The notes: generated by a model from the letters alone, not told the origin. A stretch of 64,000 nucleotides of DNA from an uncultured Actinomycetota bacterium (GCA_963733175.1 CAVTCL010000013.1:441-64440); one strand, 5' to 3'. Shown: positions 18,499 through 27,727, counted from the stretch's first letter. Program-made: numbers and translations.

Positions 18499-18951
18499 GA
18501 GCCCGTCCTCCTTTCCTCCGCCTCAAGTGGCCGGACACCTACCTGGGCGCGGGTGGAGATGTGGGGGGCGCCCTCTCCTCCGATGGGGGTCGGAGGAGCC
18601 GTTCACGGCGAATCGTGTCCGTCCGGTAATCATTCCGTGACCAAACGGGCCGGACTGTAGCGTGCTTCTGCGCGATTCACCAAATCCTCTGGTCATGCGA
18701 CGCGGAATCTCGCGGCTGGCTTGCCCCCGCAAGATGTAGCGCTTATGGTTCGGCCCAATACAAGATCTAGCGGGTCCGATGCCGCCGGTCCGGGGACGCA
18801 GCTCGGTCCCTGCCTCCGGAGAACTGCGGGGTGAGGACGTGGAGAACTACGCACAGTTGCGGGGGGCTCCGCCCCCCGCATACCCCCCAAAACCCCATCG
18901 CGGGAGCGGGATGCCGACGCCGTCGGCCCCCTGGGCGAGCGGGAGCGGACC

Positions 18952-19191
18952 GTGTTGGCCTTCGAGCGCCAGTGGTGGCGGCACGCCGGCGCCAAGGAGG
19001 AGGCGATCCGGCGCGAGTTCGGCATCGACCCGACCGCCTACCACCAGCTCCTCAGCCGGCTGATCGACGACCCGGCGGCCACCGCCTACGACCCCATGCT
19101 CGTCAAGCGTCTCCAGCGCCAGCGCGCCTCCCGCCACCGCAAGCGCTCCGGGCGTAGGCTCAGCCCACCACACCAGAGCGGCGGCACCTAG
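18952..19191 (+). CDS. DUF3263 domain-containing protein
   Basis: LAFERQWW...GAKEEAIRREFGIDPTAYHQLLSRLIDDPAA...DPMLVKRLQR. The start may lie slightly upstream, since ERERTV precedes the GTG in frame. Confidence 0.7.
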   Translation: MLAFERQWWRHAGAKEEAIRREFGIDPTAYHQLLSRLIDDPAATAYDPMLVKRLQRQRASRHRKRSGRRLSPPHQSGGT

Positions 19192-19233
19192 GAGGGGGTT
19201 CCCCTGAAACCCGGTCCGACGGCCCGGGCGGCG

Positions 19234-19740
19234 TTGGTCTTGTTGGCGTTCCTGGCCGTGTTCACGATCGTCGACCGGATGTCGGCGCCCGACGGGGACC
19301 GGCCCTCGGCCGCCGCCCCGCCGGCGACCGCCGCACCCGAGCCGGACACCCGTGCGGCGCCGACCCCCACGACCGCCGCCCCCACGACCACCCGGGCCCC
19401 GACGACCACCGCCCCGCCGACCACCAAGGGGGCCACCGAGCCCACCCTGCGCCCGGCCACCGGGGTCACCGTGCAGGTCCTCAACGGCGTCTGGGTCACC
19501 GGCCTGGCCAACCGGGTGGCCGCCCAGGTGCGGACGGCCGGCTACGAGGTGGTCGCGGCCAAGACCGCCCTCGGCAACTACTCGGCCTCGCGCGTCTACT
19601 ACACCGGCGGCCACCGGGCCGACGCGGAGGCGTTCCGGGACCGCTTCCCGGCCTTCGCCGTGGTCGAGCCCGCCCCGGCCAACCTGTCGCGCCGGGTCGC
19701 CCTCCACGCGGTCATCGGGAAGGACTACCCGGGGGTCTGA
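19234..19740 (+). CDS. LytR C-terminal domain-containing membrane-anchored protein
   Basis: TM helix and P/T/A-rich linker, then VTVQVLNGVWVTGLANRVAAQVRTAGYEVV...SRVYY (LytR_C). Starts at TTG 19234, or possibly CTG 19204. Confidence 0.7.
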   Translation: MVLLAFLAVFTIVDRMSAPDGDRPSAAAPPATAAPEPDTRAAPTPTTAAPTTTRAPTTTAPPTTKGATEPTLRPATGVTVQVLNGVWVTGLANRVAAQVRTAGYEVVAAKTALGNYSASRVYYTGGHRADAEAFRDRFPAFAVVEPAPANLSRRVALHAVIGKDYPGV

Positions 19741-21190
19741 CCCCGGCGCCGGAGGGCGGCAAGGTCGTCCCGCTGGGCGGCGAACCACTCCTGGGGGGGC
19801 AGCGCGGTCGCGCCCTCGCGGAGCGCGGCGGCGCGCTTGGCCCGCTCGTCGGGGGTGAGCTCGAGGGCGGTGGCGATCGTCTCGGCCAGCTCGGCGGTGT
19901 CGAAGGGGTTGACCAGCAGGGCGCCGGAGCCGAGGTCGTCGGCGGCGCCGGCGTTGCGGGACAGGATCAGCACCAGGTCGCGGCGGCTGATCGCCGGGCC
20001 CTCCTTGGCGACCAGGTTCATGCCGTCCCAGACCGGGTTGACGATCAGCACGTCGGCGGCGGCCATGGCGGCCAGGGCCCTCGGGTAGTTGTCCCGCAGC
20101 TCCAGCACCACCGGCTCCCAGGTCCGGGTCCGGTAGCGCTCGTTGATGGACTCGGCCATGTGCTTCACCTCGGCCGTGTACGCCTGGTACTCGGGCAGGT
20201 CGCGCCGGGAGGGATAGGTCAGCGCGTAGTGGACGACCCGCCCCCTGGCCCGCGGGTTGCGCTCCAGGAACATGCCATAGCTCTCCAGCCCGCGCAGGAT
20301 GTTCTTGGACAGCTCCATGCGGTCGACCCGCACGATCAGCCGGCGCCCCCTGGCCAGCTCGGTCACCGCCCGGTCCTGGGCGCGGGCGTCGGCCTCGGCG
20401 GCCCGCTGGCGGAGCGCGTCGCCGTCGACCCCGAGCGGGTAGCTGCGGACCAGGACGGTGCGGCCGTCGCCGGCCCGGACCGTGCCCCGGGCGAGGTCGA
20501 CCTGGTGGCCGGCGTCCAGGCAGCACCGCAGGAAGTTGCGGGCCCAGCGGGGGACCAGGAACCCGAGCAGGTCGGCCCCGAGCATCCCCTCGAGGATCCC
20601 CCCGCCACCTGGCCGGGCAGCATCAGGAAGTAGCCGGGGTCGGCCCAGGGGCAGTGGCTGAAGTGGGCGATGCGCAGGTCGGGCCGGCGCCGGCGCAGCA
20701 TGGCCGGGGCCAGGGCCAGGTGGTAGTCCTGCACGAACACCTCGCCGCCGTGGTCGGTCTCCTCGTCGCAGGCGGTCGCAAAGGCCCGGTTGACGCTCTC
20801 GTAGTGCTGCCAGGCGACCCGGAAGCCACGGTCGAAGCGGGGGTGGCGGGGCACGTCGAACAGGTAGTGGTGCAGGAACCAGATGGTCCGGTTGGCGACC
20901 CGGTTGTAGAAGCTCTGGTACTCCCGCGGGTCGAAGGCCAGGCTGCGCAGGCGCACCGCGCCCTGGGCCAGCTCGACGGTCCGCACCCGCCCCGAGCGGG
21001 CGACCCGCCGGGCCGCCACCCGGTCGCCCTCGCTGATCGCGGCCGCCACCCAGGTGCCGGCCTGGCCGGCCAGGGCCGGGCCCAGGGCGGCCACCATGCC
21101 GCCGGCGCCCCGGCCGGCGGTCAGGTTGCCGTCGTCGTCCAGCTCGAACTGGACCGGTCCGCGGTTGGACGCCACCACCAGCTCGGCCAT
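19725..21190 (-). pseudogene. otsA: Trehalose-6-phosphate synthase OtsA (frameshifted as assembled)
   Basis: N-terminal part MAELVVASNRGPV...HFSHCPWADPGYFLMLPGQVAGG is in one frame. It continues as ILEGMLGADLLGF...VNPVWDGMNLVAKE in another. The junction is a run of six C (20598-20603) abutting a GATC. Confidence 0.85.
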
Positions 21191-21292
21191 CCTGGCAATC
21201 CCGCCCTTCGGCGTCGTGAGGAACCCGTATGCTCTTGTTGCATCCTGGCATTCCTGAACGCGACGGTCGACCGGATCCGAAGGCGGCGAGCC

Positions 21293-22447
21293 ATGACCCA
21301 GACGGGCGAGCAGGCGCCACGGGCGCCCCTGCTCGAGCCGCCGCCGCACCGTCCATCGCCCTACGAGCGGTTCGTCCGCATCGGCATCATGGCCTGGTGC
21401 GGCATCGGCGTGCTCATCCTCGCCTACCTGATGCTCCGGCTGATGGTCTACGTCAACCCGATCGTCCCGCCCCTGCTGATCGCCATCGCCGTCGTCTACC
21501 TGCTCAACCCGCTGGTCTCGGCGCTGGAGCGCCGCGGCGTGGCCAGGGTGGCCGGGGCCGGCATCGTCTACCTGCTGTTCCTGTGCATCGTGGCCCTGGT
21601 CGTCTCCCTGCTCGTCCCGGTGGTGGCCAGGCAGGTCGGGGCCGTCATCGACCACTTCCCCGACTACCTGGCCGACGGGCAGGCGGCCATCCGGCGGCTG
21701 GCCGCCCGCTTCGGCCAGGAGGCCAACTTCCGGCTGGACGCCGAGCAGGTCAGGGAGTGGCTCTCGGCCAACGAGAACCGCCAGGCGGTGACCAGGTACC
21801 TGACCGGGCTGCGGTCGGTCACCAACTCGGTGATCAGCGGCCTGATCATCGTCGTGCTCGGCCCGGTCATGGCCTTCTACCTGCTGGTCGACCTGCCCCG
21901 GCTGCGCCGGGGGGCGATGGCGCTGATCCCGCCCGGCCGCCGCGAGGAGATCCGCAGCCTGATGGACCGCATCGGCCAGGCGGTGGGCGGCTTCTTCCGC
22001 GGCCAGCTCCTGGTCGCCCTGTTCGTCGGGGTGGCCTCCTCGATCGGCCTGTGGGCCATCGGGCTGCCGTTCTGGCTGCTGGTCGGCATCGTCGCCGGCA
22101 TCTTCAACCTGGTCCCGCTGGTCGGCCCGTTCATCGGCGGGGGCCTGGCCGTGATCATCGCCCTCATCTCCGGCCAGCCCCTCAAGGCGGTCTGGGCCGC
22201 CCTGGTGCTGCTGGCCGTGCAGCAGATCGACAACCACCTGATCTCCCCCAACGTGATGGGCCGCACCGTCCAGCTCCACCCCGTCGTGGTGATGCTCGCC
22301 CTGCTGGTCGGGGCCAGCTTCGCCGGCCTGTTCGGCATGCTGGTGATCGTCCCCCTGGTCGCCGTGGCCAAGATCGTCTTCCTGTACGTCTGGTCCAAGT
22401 ACGTCGACTACGGCGACGAGCTCACCCAGGGCAGCCCCGAGGGCTAA
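21293..22447 (+). CDS. AI-2E family transporter (PerM/YhhT-like permease)
   Basis: 384 aa from ATG 21293, with about 8 TM segments. Characteristic NLVPLVGPFIGG and QQIDNHLISPNVMG motifs. Confidence 0.8.
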   Translation: MTQTGEQAPRAPLLEPPPHRPSPYERFVRIGIMAWCGIGVLILAYLMLRLMVYVNPIVPPLLIAIAVVYLLNPLVSALERRGVARVAGAGIVYLLFLCIVALVVSLLVPVVARQVGAVIDHFPDYLADGQAAIRRLAARFGQEANFRLDAEQVREWLSANENRQAVTRYLTGLRSVTNSVISGLIIVVLGPVMAFYLLVDLPRLRRGAMALIPPGRREEIRSLMDRIGQAVGGFFRGQLLVALFVGVASSIGLWAIGLPFWLLVGIVAGIFNLVPLVGPFIGGGLAVIIALISGQPLKAVWAALVLLAVQQIDNHLISPNVMGRTVQLHPVVVMLALLVGASFAGLFGMLVIVPLVAVAKIVFLYVWSKYVDYGDELTQGSPEG

Positions 22448-23301
22448 CCCGGCGGCATCCGCTCCAGCAGGGCGGTGACGGCCTCGGCCCAGCCGTGGCC
22501 GGCGGGCGACGGGGTGACGATCACCGCGGTGGCGGGGTCGCCGTCGGCGGCCGCCCAGGCGCCGTTGGCGACCAGGAACATGGCCCCGACCACGTCCGCG
22601 AGCTGGAGGTCGGCCGGGCTGTCGCCGATGGCGGCCGCCCCGGCCGGGTCGAGGCCGCGGCCGGCCAGGTAGGCGGCGGCGGTGCCGGCCTTGCTGACCC
22701 CGGCCGGGAGCAGGTGGTAGGCGTGGGTCGGGCCCGGTCCGAGGTGCGGGTAGGCGCCGCGCAGGCGGCCGTTGTCGAGCAGCCGCGCCCAGCCCAGCCC
22801 GCGGCCGGCCAGCAGGGCGTCGGCGGCGGCGGGGTCGACCTGGCCGCGGAGCAGGAAGGTGCCCCTGCGGCCGAGGTGCCATGGGGTGTGGGGCTCGATC
22901 CGGCCGGCGAAGCTCTCCAGCACCGCGGCCAGGGCCCCCGAGCGCTCCAGGGCCTCGGCCGGGCAGGCGCCCAGGTCACGGGGGGCCTCGCCCCAGTGCA
23001 GCTCGACCTCCCGGCCCCGGACCAGCACCGTGCCCAGCTCGGCGATGGCGTCGCGGGTCCCGACCAGCCGGCCCGTCTCCCGCAGCTGCTCGGCCGTGCG
23101 GCCCGAGACCAGCACCACCTCCAGCCCGGCCCGGTGGGCGGCGACCAGCGCCTCGGCGGCGACCAGGGTGGGCCGGCCGTCCAGGTCGGCCAGCAGCGAC
23201 CCGTCCCGGCCGACCAGCGTCCCGTCGACGTCGGAGAAGAGCAGCGCCGGGGCGAGCCGGTCCAGCAGCGGCCCGGCGTCGGCCAGGGCCAGGGCGGGCA
23301 C
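22444..23301 (-). CDS. HAD-IIB family sugar-phosphate phosphatase (glucosyl-3-phosphoglycerate or trehalose-6-P phosphatase candidate)
   Basis: DVDGTLV motif I and a GDSPADL motif near the C-terminus. GTG start lies 1 nt after the gpgS stop. Confidence 0.65.
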   Translation of the reverse strand: MPALALADAGPLLDRLAPALLFSDVDGTLVGRDGSLLADLDGRPTLVAAEALVAAHRAGLEVVLVSGRTAEQLRETGRLVGTRDAIAELGTVLVRGREVELHWGEAPRDLGACPAEALERSGALAAVLESFAGRIEPHTPWHLGRRGTFLLRGQVDPAAADALLAGRGLGWARLLDNGRLRGAYPHLGPGPTHAYHLLPAGVSKAGTAAAYLAGRGLDPAGAAAIGDSPADLQLADVVGAMFLVANGAWAAADGDPATAVIVTPSPAGHGWAEAVTALLERMPPG

Positions 23302-23302
23302 G

Positions 23303-24298
23303 CTACTCGGACGCGGCGACGGGGTCGGCCCGCCGCCGCCGGTAGTCGTCGACGGTCACGATCGGCGGGCGCCGGGAGGTGACGATCTCGCGCGGCTCGG
23401 GCTGGTACTCGACCAGCTGGTTGGAGAACTGGACCAGGGTGGTGGCGAAGTTCCCCGGGGCCGAGCGGCCCTCCTCGGCCAGCCGCAGGAACGCCGCCTG
23501 GAGGATCCCGAAGCTCATCCGGCCGAGCGCCTGCATGTCCTGGTTGCGGTGGACGCGCCGGTCCAGGTCGACCTGGGCGATGGCGTCGACCCCGAAGCGG
23601 GCGGCGATGTCGACCAGCAGGCCCAGCTCGACCCCGTAGCCGGAGAAGAACGGCACCTGCTCCAGGGTCTCGCGGCGCCCGGCGTACTCGCCCGACAGCG
23701 GCTGCACGATCCCGGCCAGCTCCGGCCAGAGCAGGTTGATGAGGGGCCGGGCCAGCAGCTCGGTGACCCGGCCGCCGCCGGTGGCCCGCAGGGCGTTGCG
23801 CTCGCGGATCGGGCGCTCGTAGAACGCCTTCACGTACTGGATCTCGGGGTGGAGCAGCAGCGGGCCGAGCAGCCCGTAGACGAAGCGGGCGTGGAAGTTG
23901 CGGATGTCGGCGTCGATGAAGCAGATGAGGTCGCCCTGGCAGGCGTGCAGGCTCTTCCAGAGGGCCTCGCCCTTGCCCGACCCCGGGCCCTCGCCCGGCA
24001 GGACGTCGTGCTCGAAGAACACCTTGGCCCCTTCGGCCTGGGCGATGGCCGCGGTGTCGTCGCCGGAGCCGGCGTCCATGACGACGATCTCGTCGACCAG
24101 CCGGGCCCGCTCGACCAGGTTGCGGCGCAGGTTGCGGACGATCCCGCCGACGGTGGCGGCCTCGTCGCGGGTGGGCAGGCAGACCGAGACGGTCAGCCCG
24201 AGCCGCTCCTTGGCCGCGCGCAGCTTGGCCGGCGGCTCGAACTGGCTGTGGTGGAAGGTCCGGTTGCCGAACCACTCCCAGGTGTCGATATCGGTCAT
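23303..24298 (-). CDS. gpgS: Glucosyl-3-phosphoglycerate synthase (GT81)
   Basis: 331 aa from ATG 24298. Motifs VCLPTRDEAATVG, MDAGSGDDT, GKGEALW, FIDADI, GGGRVTEL, SGEYAG and GYGVELGLL match GpgS along the full length. Confidence 0.85.
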   Translation of the reverse strand: MTDIDTWEWFGNRTFHHSQFEPPAKLRAAKERLGLTVSVCLPTRDEAATVGGIVRNLRRNLVERARLVDEIVVMDAGSGDDTAAIAQAEGAKVFFEHDVLPGEGPGSGKGEALWKSLHACQGDLICFIDADIRNFHARFVYGLLGPLLLHPEIQYVKAFYERPIRERNALRATGGGRVTELLARPLINLLWPELAGIVQPLSGEYAGRRETLEQVPFFSGYGVELGLLVDIAARFGVDAIAQVDLDRRVHRNQDMQALGRMSFGILQAAFLRLAEEGRSAPGNFATTLVQFSNQLVEYQPEPREIVTSRRPPIVTVDDYRRRRADPVAASE

Positions 24299-24424
24299 CC
24301 GTTCTCCCGATCGCTGGCCGCTCCGTTGCCAGCCGTCCCCACCTTCTATCCCCCTCTGGTGTTGCAGCCAAGCAGCGTGCCAGGGCAAGCTGGCAGACCA
24401 CAACTCCATAGGTAGTCCAGGCGA

Positions 24425-24529
24425 CGCATCCAGAGGGGCGGAGGGACCGGCCCGACGAAGCCCCGGCAACCTCCTCCGGACGAGGAAGGTGCCACTTCCG
24501 GCCTCGCCATCGTGGCGAGGGAAGATGCG
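24425..24529 (+). promoter_or_regulatory. SAM-I (S-box) riboswitch aptamer
   Basis: P1 is CGCATC / GATGCG. Core AGAGGGGCGGAGGGACCGGCCCGACGAAGCCCCGGCAACC, then AGGTGCCACTTCC and P4 hairpin CCTCGCCA-tcg-TGGCGAGG. It lies 60 nt upstream of the thrC-like ATG, with GGAGG at 24577-24581. Confidence 0.85.
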
Positions 24530-24590
24530 CCGAGCGGTTGACCGACCGCGGCGCGACGTCGCCCCACGCCGAGCCCGGAGGTCGCCGACC

Positions 24591-25853
24591 ATGACCGACC
24601 AGACCCTCGACCACGTCATCCTGCGCTGCCGCGGCTGCCAGGCCGCCTACCCCGCCGCCCTGGAGTACGCCTGCTCGCGCTGCCTGGGCCCGCTCGACCC
24701 CGAGTACGACGCCGAGGCGGTCGCCAGGAGCCTGAGCCGGGCCGCCATCGAGGCCGGTCCGCGCTCGATCTGGCGCTACGCGCCGCTGCTGCCGGCCAGC
24801 CCCGGCCCCGGCGACCTCGCCCCCGGCCTGACCCCGCTGGTGCCGGCGCCCCGGCTGGCCGAGGCCCTGGGCGTGCCCGGCCCCCTGTTCCTCAAGGACG
24901 ACACCCGCAACCCCACCAACTCCTTCAAGGACCGGGTGGTGGCCGTGGCCGTGGCCAGGGCGCGGGCGTTCGGCCTGTCGACGGTGGCCTGCGCCTCGAC
25001 CGGGAACCTGGCCGGGGCCACCGCGGCCGCGGCCGCCGCCCAGGGGCTGGAGTGCGTGGTCGTGATCCCGGCCGACCTGGAGGCCGGCAAGGTCGCCTCG
25101 GCCGCCGCCTTCGGGGCCACCGTCGTGGCCGTCGAGGGGTCCTACGACCAGGCCAACCGGCTCTCCATGCAGGCCGTCGAGGCCTTCGGCTGGGGCTTCG
25201 TCAACGTCAACCTGCGCCCCTGGTACGCCGAGGGCTCCAAGACCGTCGGCCTGGAGGTGGCCGAGCAGCTCGGCTGGTCGCTGCCCGACCACGTGGTCGT
25301 CCCGATCGCCTCCGGCGCCCTGCTCACCAAGGTCCACCAGGGCTTCGGGGTCCTGGCCGACCACGGCCTGGTCGAGCGGACCCCGGCAAGGGTCCACGGC
25401 GCCCAGTCGGTCGGCTGCAGCCCGGTGGCCACCGCCTTCGCCGCCGGGGTCGACGAGGTGACCCCGGTGCGGCCCAGCGGCATCGTCAAGTCGCTGGCCA
25501 TCGGCGACCCGGCCGACGGGGCCGAGGCCCTGGCCACGGTCCGCGGGACCGGCGGCCGGATCGAGGCGGTGGACGACGAGGAGGTCGTGTCGGCGATCGA
25601 GCTGCTGGCCCGCACCACCGGCGTGTTCGGGGAGACCGCCGCCGGGGTGACCGTGGCCACCGTCGGCCGCCTGGCCGCCAGGGGCGAGTTCCGCCCCGGG
25701 GAGCGGGTCGTGGCCCTGATCACCGGCCACGGCCTCAAGACCCGCGAGGTCCTCGACGGCCGCGCCGGGGCCACCGTCACCGTCCGCCCCAACATCGACG
25801 CCCTCACCGAGGCCCTGGCCCCGCTCCGCCCCGGCCTGGCCGTGACCGGCTAG
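24591..25853 (+). CDS. thrC: Threonine synthase family PLP enzyme with N-terminal zinc ribbon (ThrC-like; possibly methionine-pathway)
   Basis: Uninterrupted 420-aa ORF. N-terminal CRGC...CSRC ribbon and PLP-lysine motif NPTNSFKDR. Full-length ThrC-like similarity. Confidence 0.85.
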   Translation: MTDQTLDHVILRCRGCQAAYPAALEYACSRCLGPLDPEYDAEAVARSLSRAAIEAGPRSIWRYAPLLPASPGPGDLAPGLTPLVPAPRLAEALGVPGPLFLKDDTRNPTNSFKDRVVAVAVARARAFGLSTVACASTGNLAGATAAAAAAQGLECVVVIPADLEAGKVASAAAFGATVVAVEGSYDQANRLSMQAVEAFGWGFVNVNLRPWYAEGSKTVGLEVAEQLGWSLPDHVVVPIASGALLTKVHQGFGVLADHGLVERTPARVHGAQSVGCSPVATAFAAGVDEVTPVRPSGIVKSLAIGDPADGAEALATVRGTGGRIEAVDDEEVVSAIELLARTTGVFGETAAGVTVATVGRLAARGEFRPGERVVALITGHGLKTREVLDGRAGATVTVRPNIDALTEALAPLRPGLAVTG

Positions 25854-26510
25854 CTGGGGTCGCTCCGGGAGCAGGGCGGCGGCGAGGCTGGCGGCGAACC
25901 ACCGCTCGTACTCGTCCAGGGTCCAGCCGCGCTCCAGGACGAGCTGGCGGTAGGTGTCCGGGGCGGTGTGGAGCCAGATCAGGTCGCGGGCGCGCTCGAC
26001 CCGCAGGCCGGGCGCCAGGGCGCCGGCGGCGGCGAGGTGGGCGGCCAGCGCGGCGGCGCCGGCGAGCCGCTCGCGGTCGATGGTGGCCGCGAACTCCTGG
26101 AGGTCCGGCTCGCCGGCGCGGGCGGCGGCCAGCAGGGCGCTGGTGAGGGGGCCGGCCCGCTCCAGCATGGCCCGGCTGATGGCGGCGTAGCGCGCCAGCT
26201 TGCCGCGCGGGTCCGGGTCGGCGGCCAGCGCCTTGAGCGCGGGCCGCTCGGCCACCGGCACCGGGTCGACGTCGCCGGCCAGCAGCACGTCGTAGACCCG
26301 TTTGACCAGTTGGGGCTTGGGCCCGAACACCTTGTAGAGCAGGGGGACCGAGACGCCGGCCTCGGCGGCCAGGTCGGCCATGGCCAGCCCGGCGTAGCCG
26401 CGCTCCAGCAGCAGCCGGTGGGCGGTGTCGACCACGCGCCGCTGGGTGCGCCCGGCGGCGGCGGCGCGGCGGGCGTTGTCATAGGGGCGGGTCTTGACAG
26501 GACGCGGCAA
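25850..26510 (-). pseudogene. TetR/AcrR family regulator (no in-frame stop as assembled)
   Basis: TTG 26510 (LPRPVKTRPYDNARR...). HTH segment LAMADLAAEAGVSVPLLYKVFG. After ...AALLPERPQ the frame stays open for 3.3 kb. Removing one G from the GGGG run at 25856-25859 would end it at TAG 25850-25852. Confidence 0.7.
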
Positions 26511-26535
26511 TTTGGTAGAACCTCCTTCTACCAAA
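26511..26535. promoter_or_regulatory. Perfect 10-bp inverted repeat between tetR and the divergent SnoaL-like gene (candidate TetR operator)
   Basis: TTTGGTAGAA-cctcc-TTCTACCAAA. The spacer is the complement of the GGAGG that precedes the tetR start. Confidence 0.6.
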
Positions 26536-26560
26536 AGAGTAGCACGAGGAGACGGCTGGC

Positions 26561-27087
26561 ATGGACACGCGCACGCACGACCGCCCACGACCTCGCCCGG
26601 CGGAGCCTGCTGCTGATGCAGCGCTGGGACGACGGCGAAGCGGCCGCGATCATCCACCCCGACGCCGCCAACGACGAGGCGGTCAGCGAGCCGCCCGCCG
26701 CCAGGGGCCGCGGCCCGGCGGCGTTCAAGGCGACCCACGACTGGCTGCACGCCGCCTTCGACGGGCTGGCATGGGACGTGGAGGAGCTGGTGGCCGAGGG
26801 CGACCTGGTCGTCGCCCGCACCGTGATGCGCGGCCGGCAGGTGGCGCCGTTCGCGACCTACGGGCCCGACGGCCACCTGGCCCAGGTGTTCGCCTCCAGC
26901 GGCCGGTCCTTCGCCGCCTCCCAGACGCACTGGTACCGCCTGGCCGAGGGCCGCATCGTCGGGCATGCGGCCAACCGCGACGACCTCGCGCCAGGCCCGG
27001 CAGCTCGGCTGGGTGCCGCCCAGCCCGGCCTTCCTGCTCCGCTCGGCCCTGGCCAGGCGGCGCCTGCGCCGCACCACCGCCGGCTAG
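26561..27087 (+). pseudogene. SnoaL-like ester cyclase (two frame changes as assembled)
   Basis: ATG 26561 is in frame 2. The core HDLARRSLLLMQRWDDGE...SQTHWYRLAEGRIVGHAANRDDLA is in frame 0. The tail QARQLGWVPPSPAFLL...TAG is in frame 1. Junctions lie near 26584 and 26991. Confidence 0.65.
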
Positions 27088-27238
27088 CGTCTGTAGCTGC
27101 AAGACCTGCGGCTGAAGGAGACAACGATCATGGCTGGGACCTGCTGGTGCACGGCGGCTGGCACGGGCCCTGGTGTTCGGTACCCACTGACGAAGGTCCG
27201 ACGAGGCGGCATTCACAACCAACCGACAGGAGCGTCCG

Positions 27239-27727
27239 ATGCTGCAGCTCATCTCCCACGACATCAAGACGATCGCGCGCCGGACCCTGGAGGAGATCTT
27301 GCCTGGTGGCGATGACGCCGCGCTCGCCGAGGTCATCCACCCCAACTTCGTCGACCACCACGGCCCGCCCGGCGCGCCACCGGGCCTGGAGGGCATGGCC
27401 TGGTCCATGGGCATGCGCCAGGCGGGGTTCTCGGAGCGACGCTGGGAGCTCCACCAGGTCATCGCCGACGACGACACCGTGGTCCTCTGACGGCAGCTTT
27501 CATGGCCGCCACACCGGGGCGTTCATGGGCCTGGCCCCGACCGGCCGGTCCTTGGCCTTCCCCAGGTCCACATCCTCCGCTTCCAGGACGGCTTGGCCAT
27601 CGAGCACTGGGCGGTCCCTGACGACCTGGACCTGGCCCGCCAGCTCGGCGCCGATCCCCGCGCCCGCCCAGCCAACCCGCGTTATGCGGATGCCTTGGCC
27701 CAGCTGCTGTCGGACCTGCACCCATAA
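27239..27727 (+). pseudogene. SnoaL-like ester cyclase, second copy (compensated pair of frame changes)
   Basis: MLQLISHDIKTIARRTLEE...DDDTVVL (frame 2) hits a TGA at 27488. DGSFHGRHTGAFMGLAPTGRSLAF follows in frame 0. PQVHILRFQDGLAIEHWAVPDDLDLARQLG...HP returns to frame 2, ending at TAA 27725. Confidence 0.65.

Noticed and set aside
18499-18780. c-di-AMP (ydaO-type) riboswitch upstream of the NlpC/P60 gene
   Set aside because: It was expected from family context and a GGTGAATC element is present. However, the conserved ACGGGGA and CCGA..CAGCTAACC..CGTAAGC elements that I remember for this class are absent. It should be settled with a covariance-model scan.
18859-18900. 6C-like small RNA (C-rich loops)
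   Set aside because: There is only one GC hairpin, and the C-runs lie in the stem and tail rather than in two hairpin loops. The evidence is insufficient.
24530-24590. Intrinsic terminator as the SAM riboswitch expression platform
   Set aside because: No convincing GC stem followed by a T-run lies between the aptamer and the ATG. Control by sequestration of the GGAGG at 24577-24581 seems more likely but is unproven.
22521-27077. 1518-aa ORF on the minus strand
   Set aside because: It contains a normal approx 220-aa TetR segment (25850-26510). Everything else is antisense or off-frame to thrC-like, gpgS and the HAD gene. The length results from a missed stop in stop-poor DNA.
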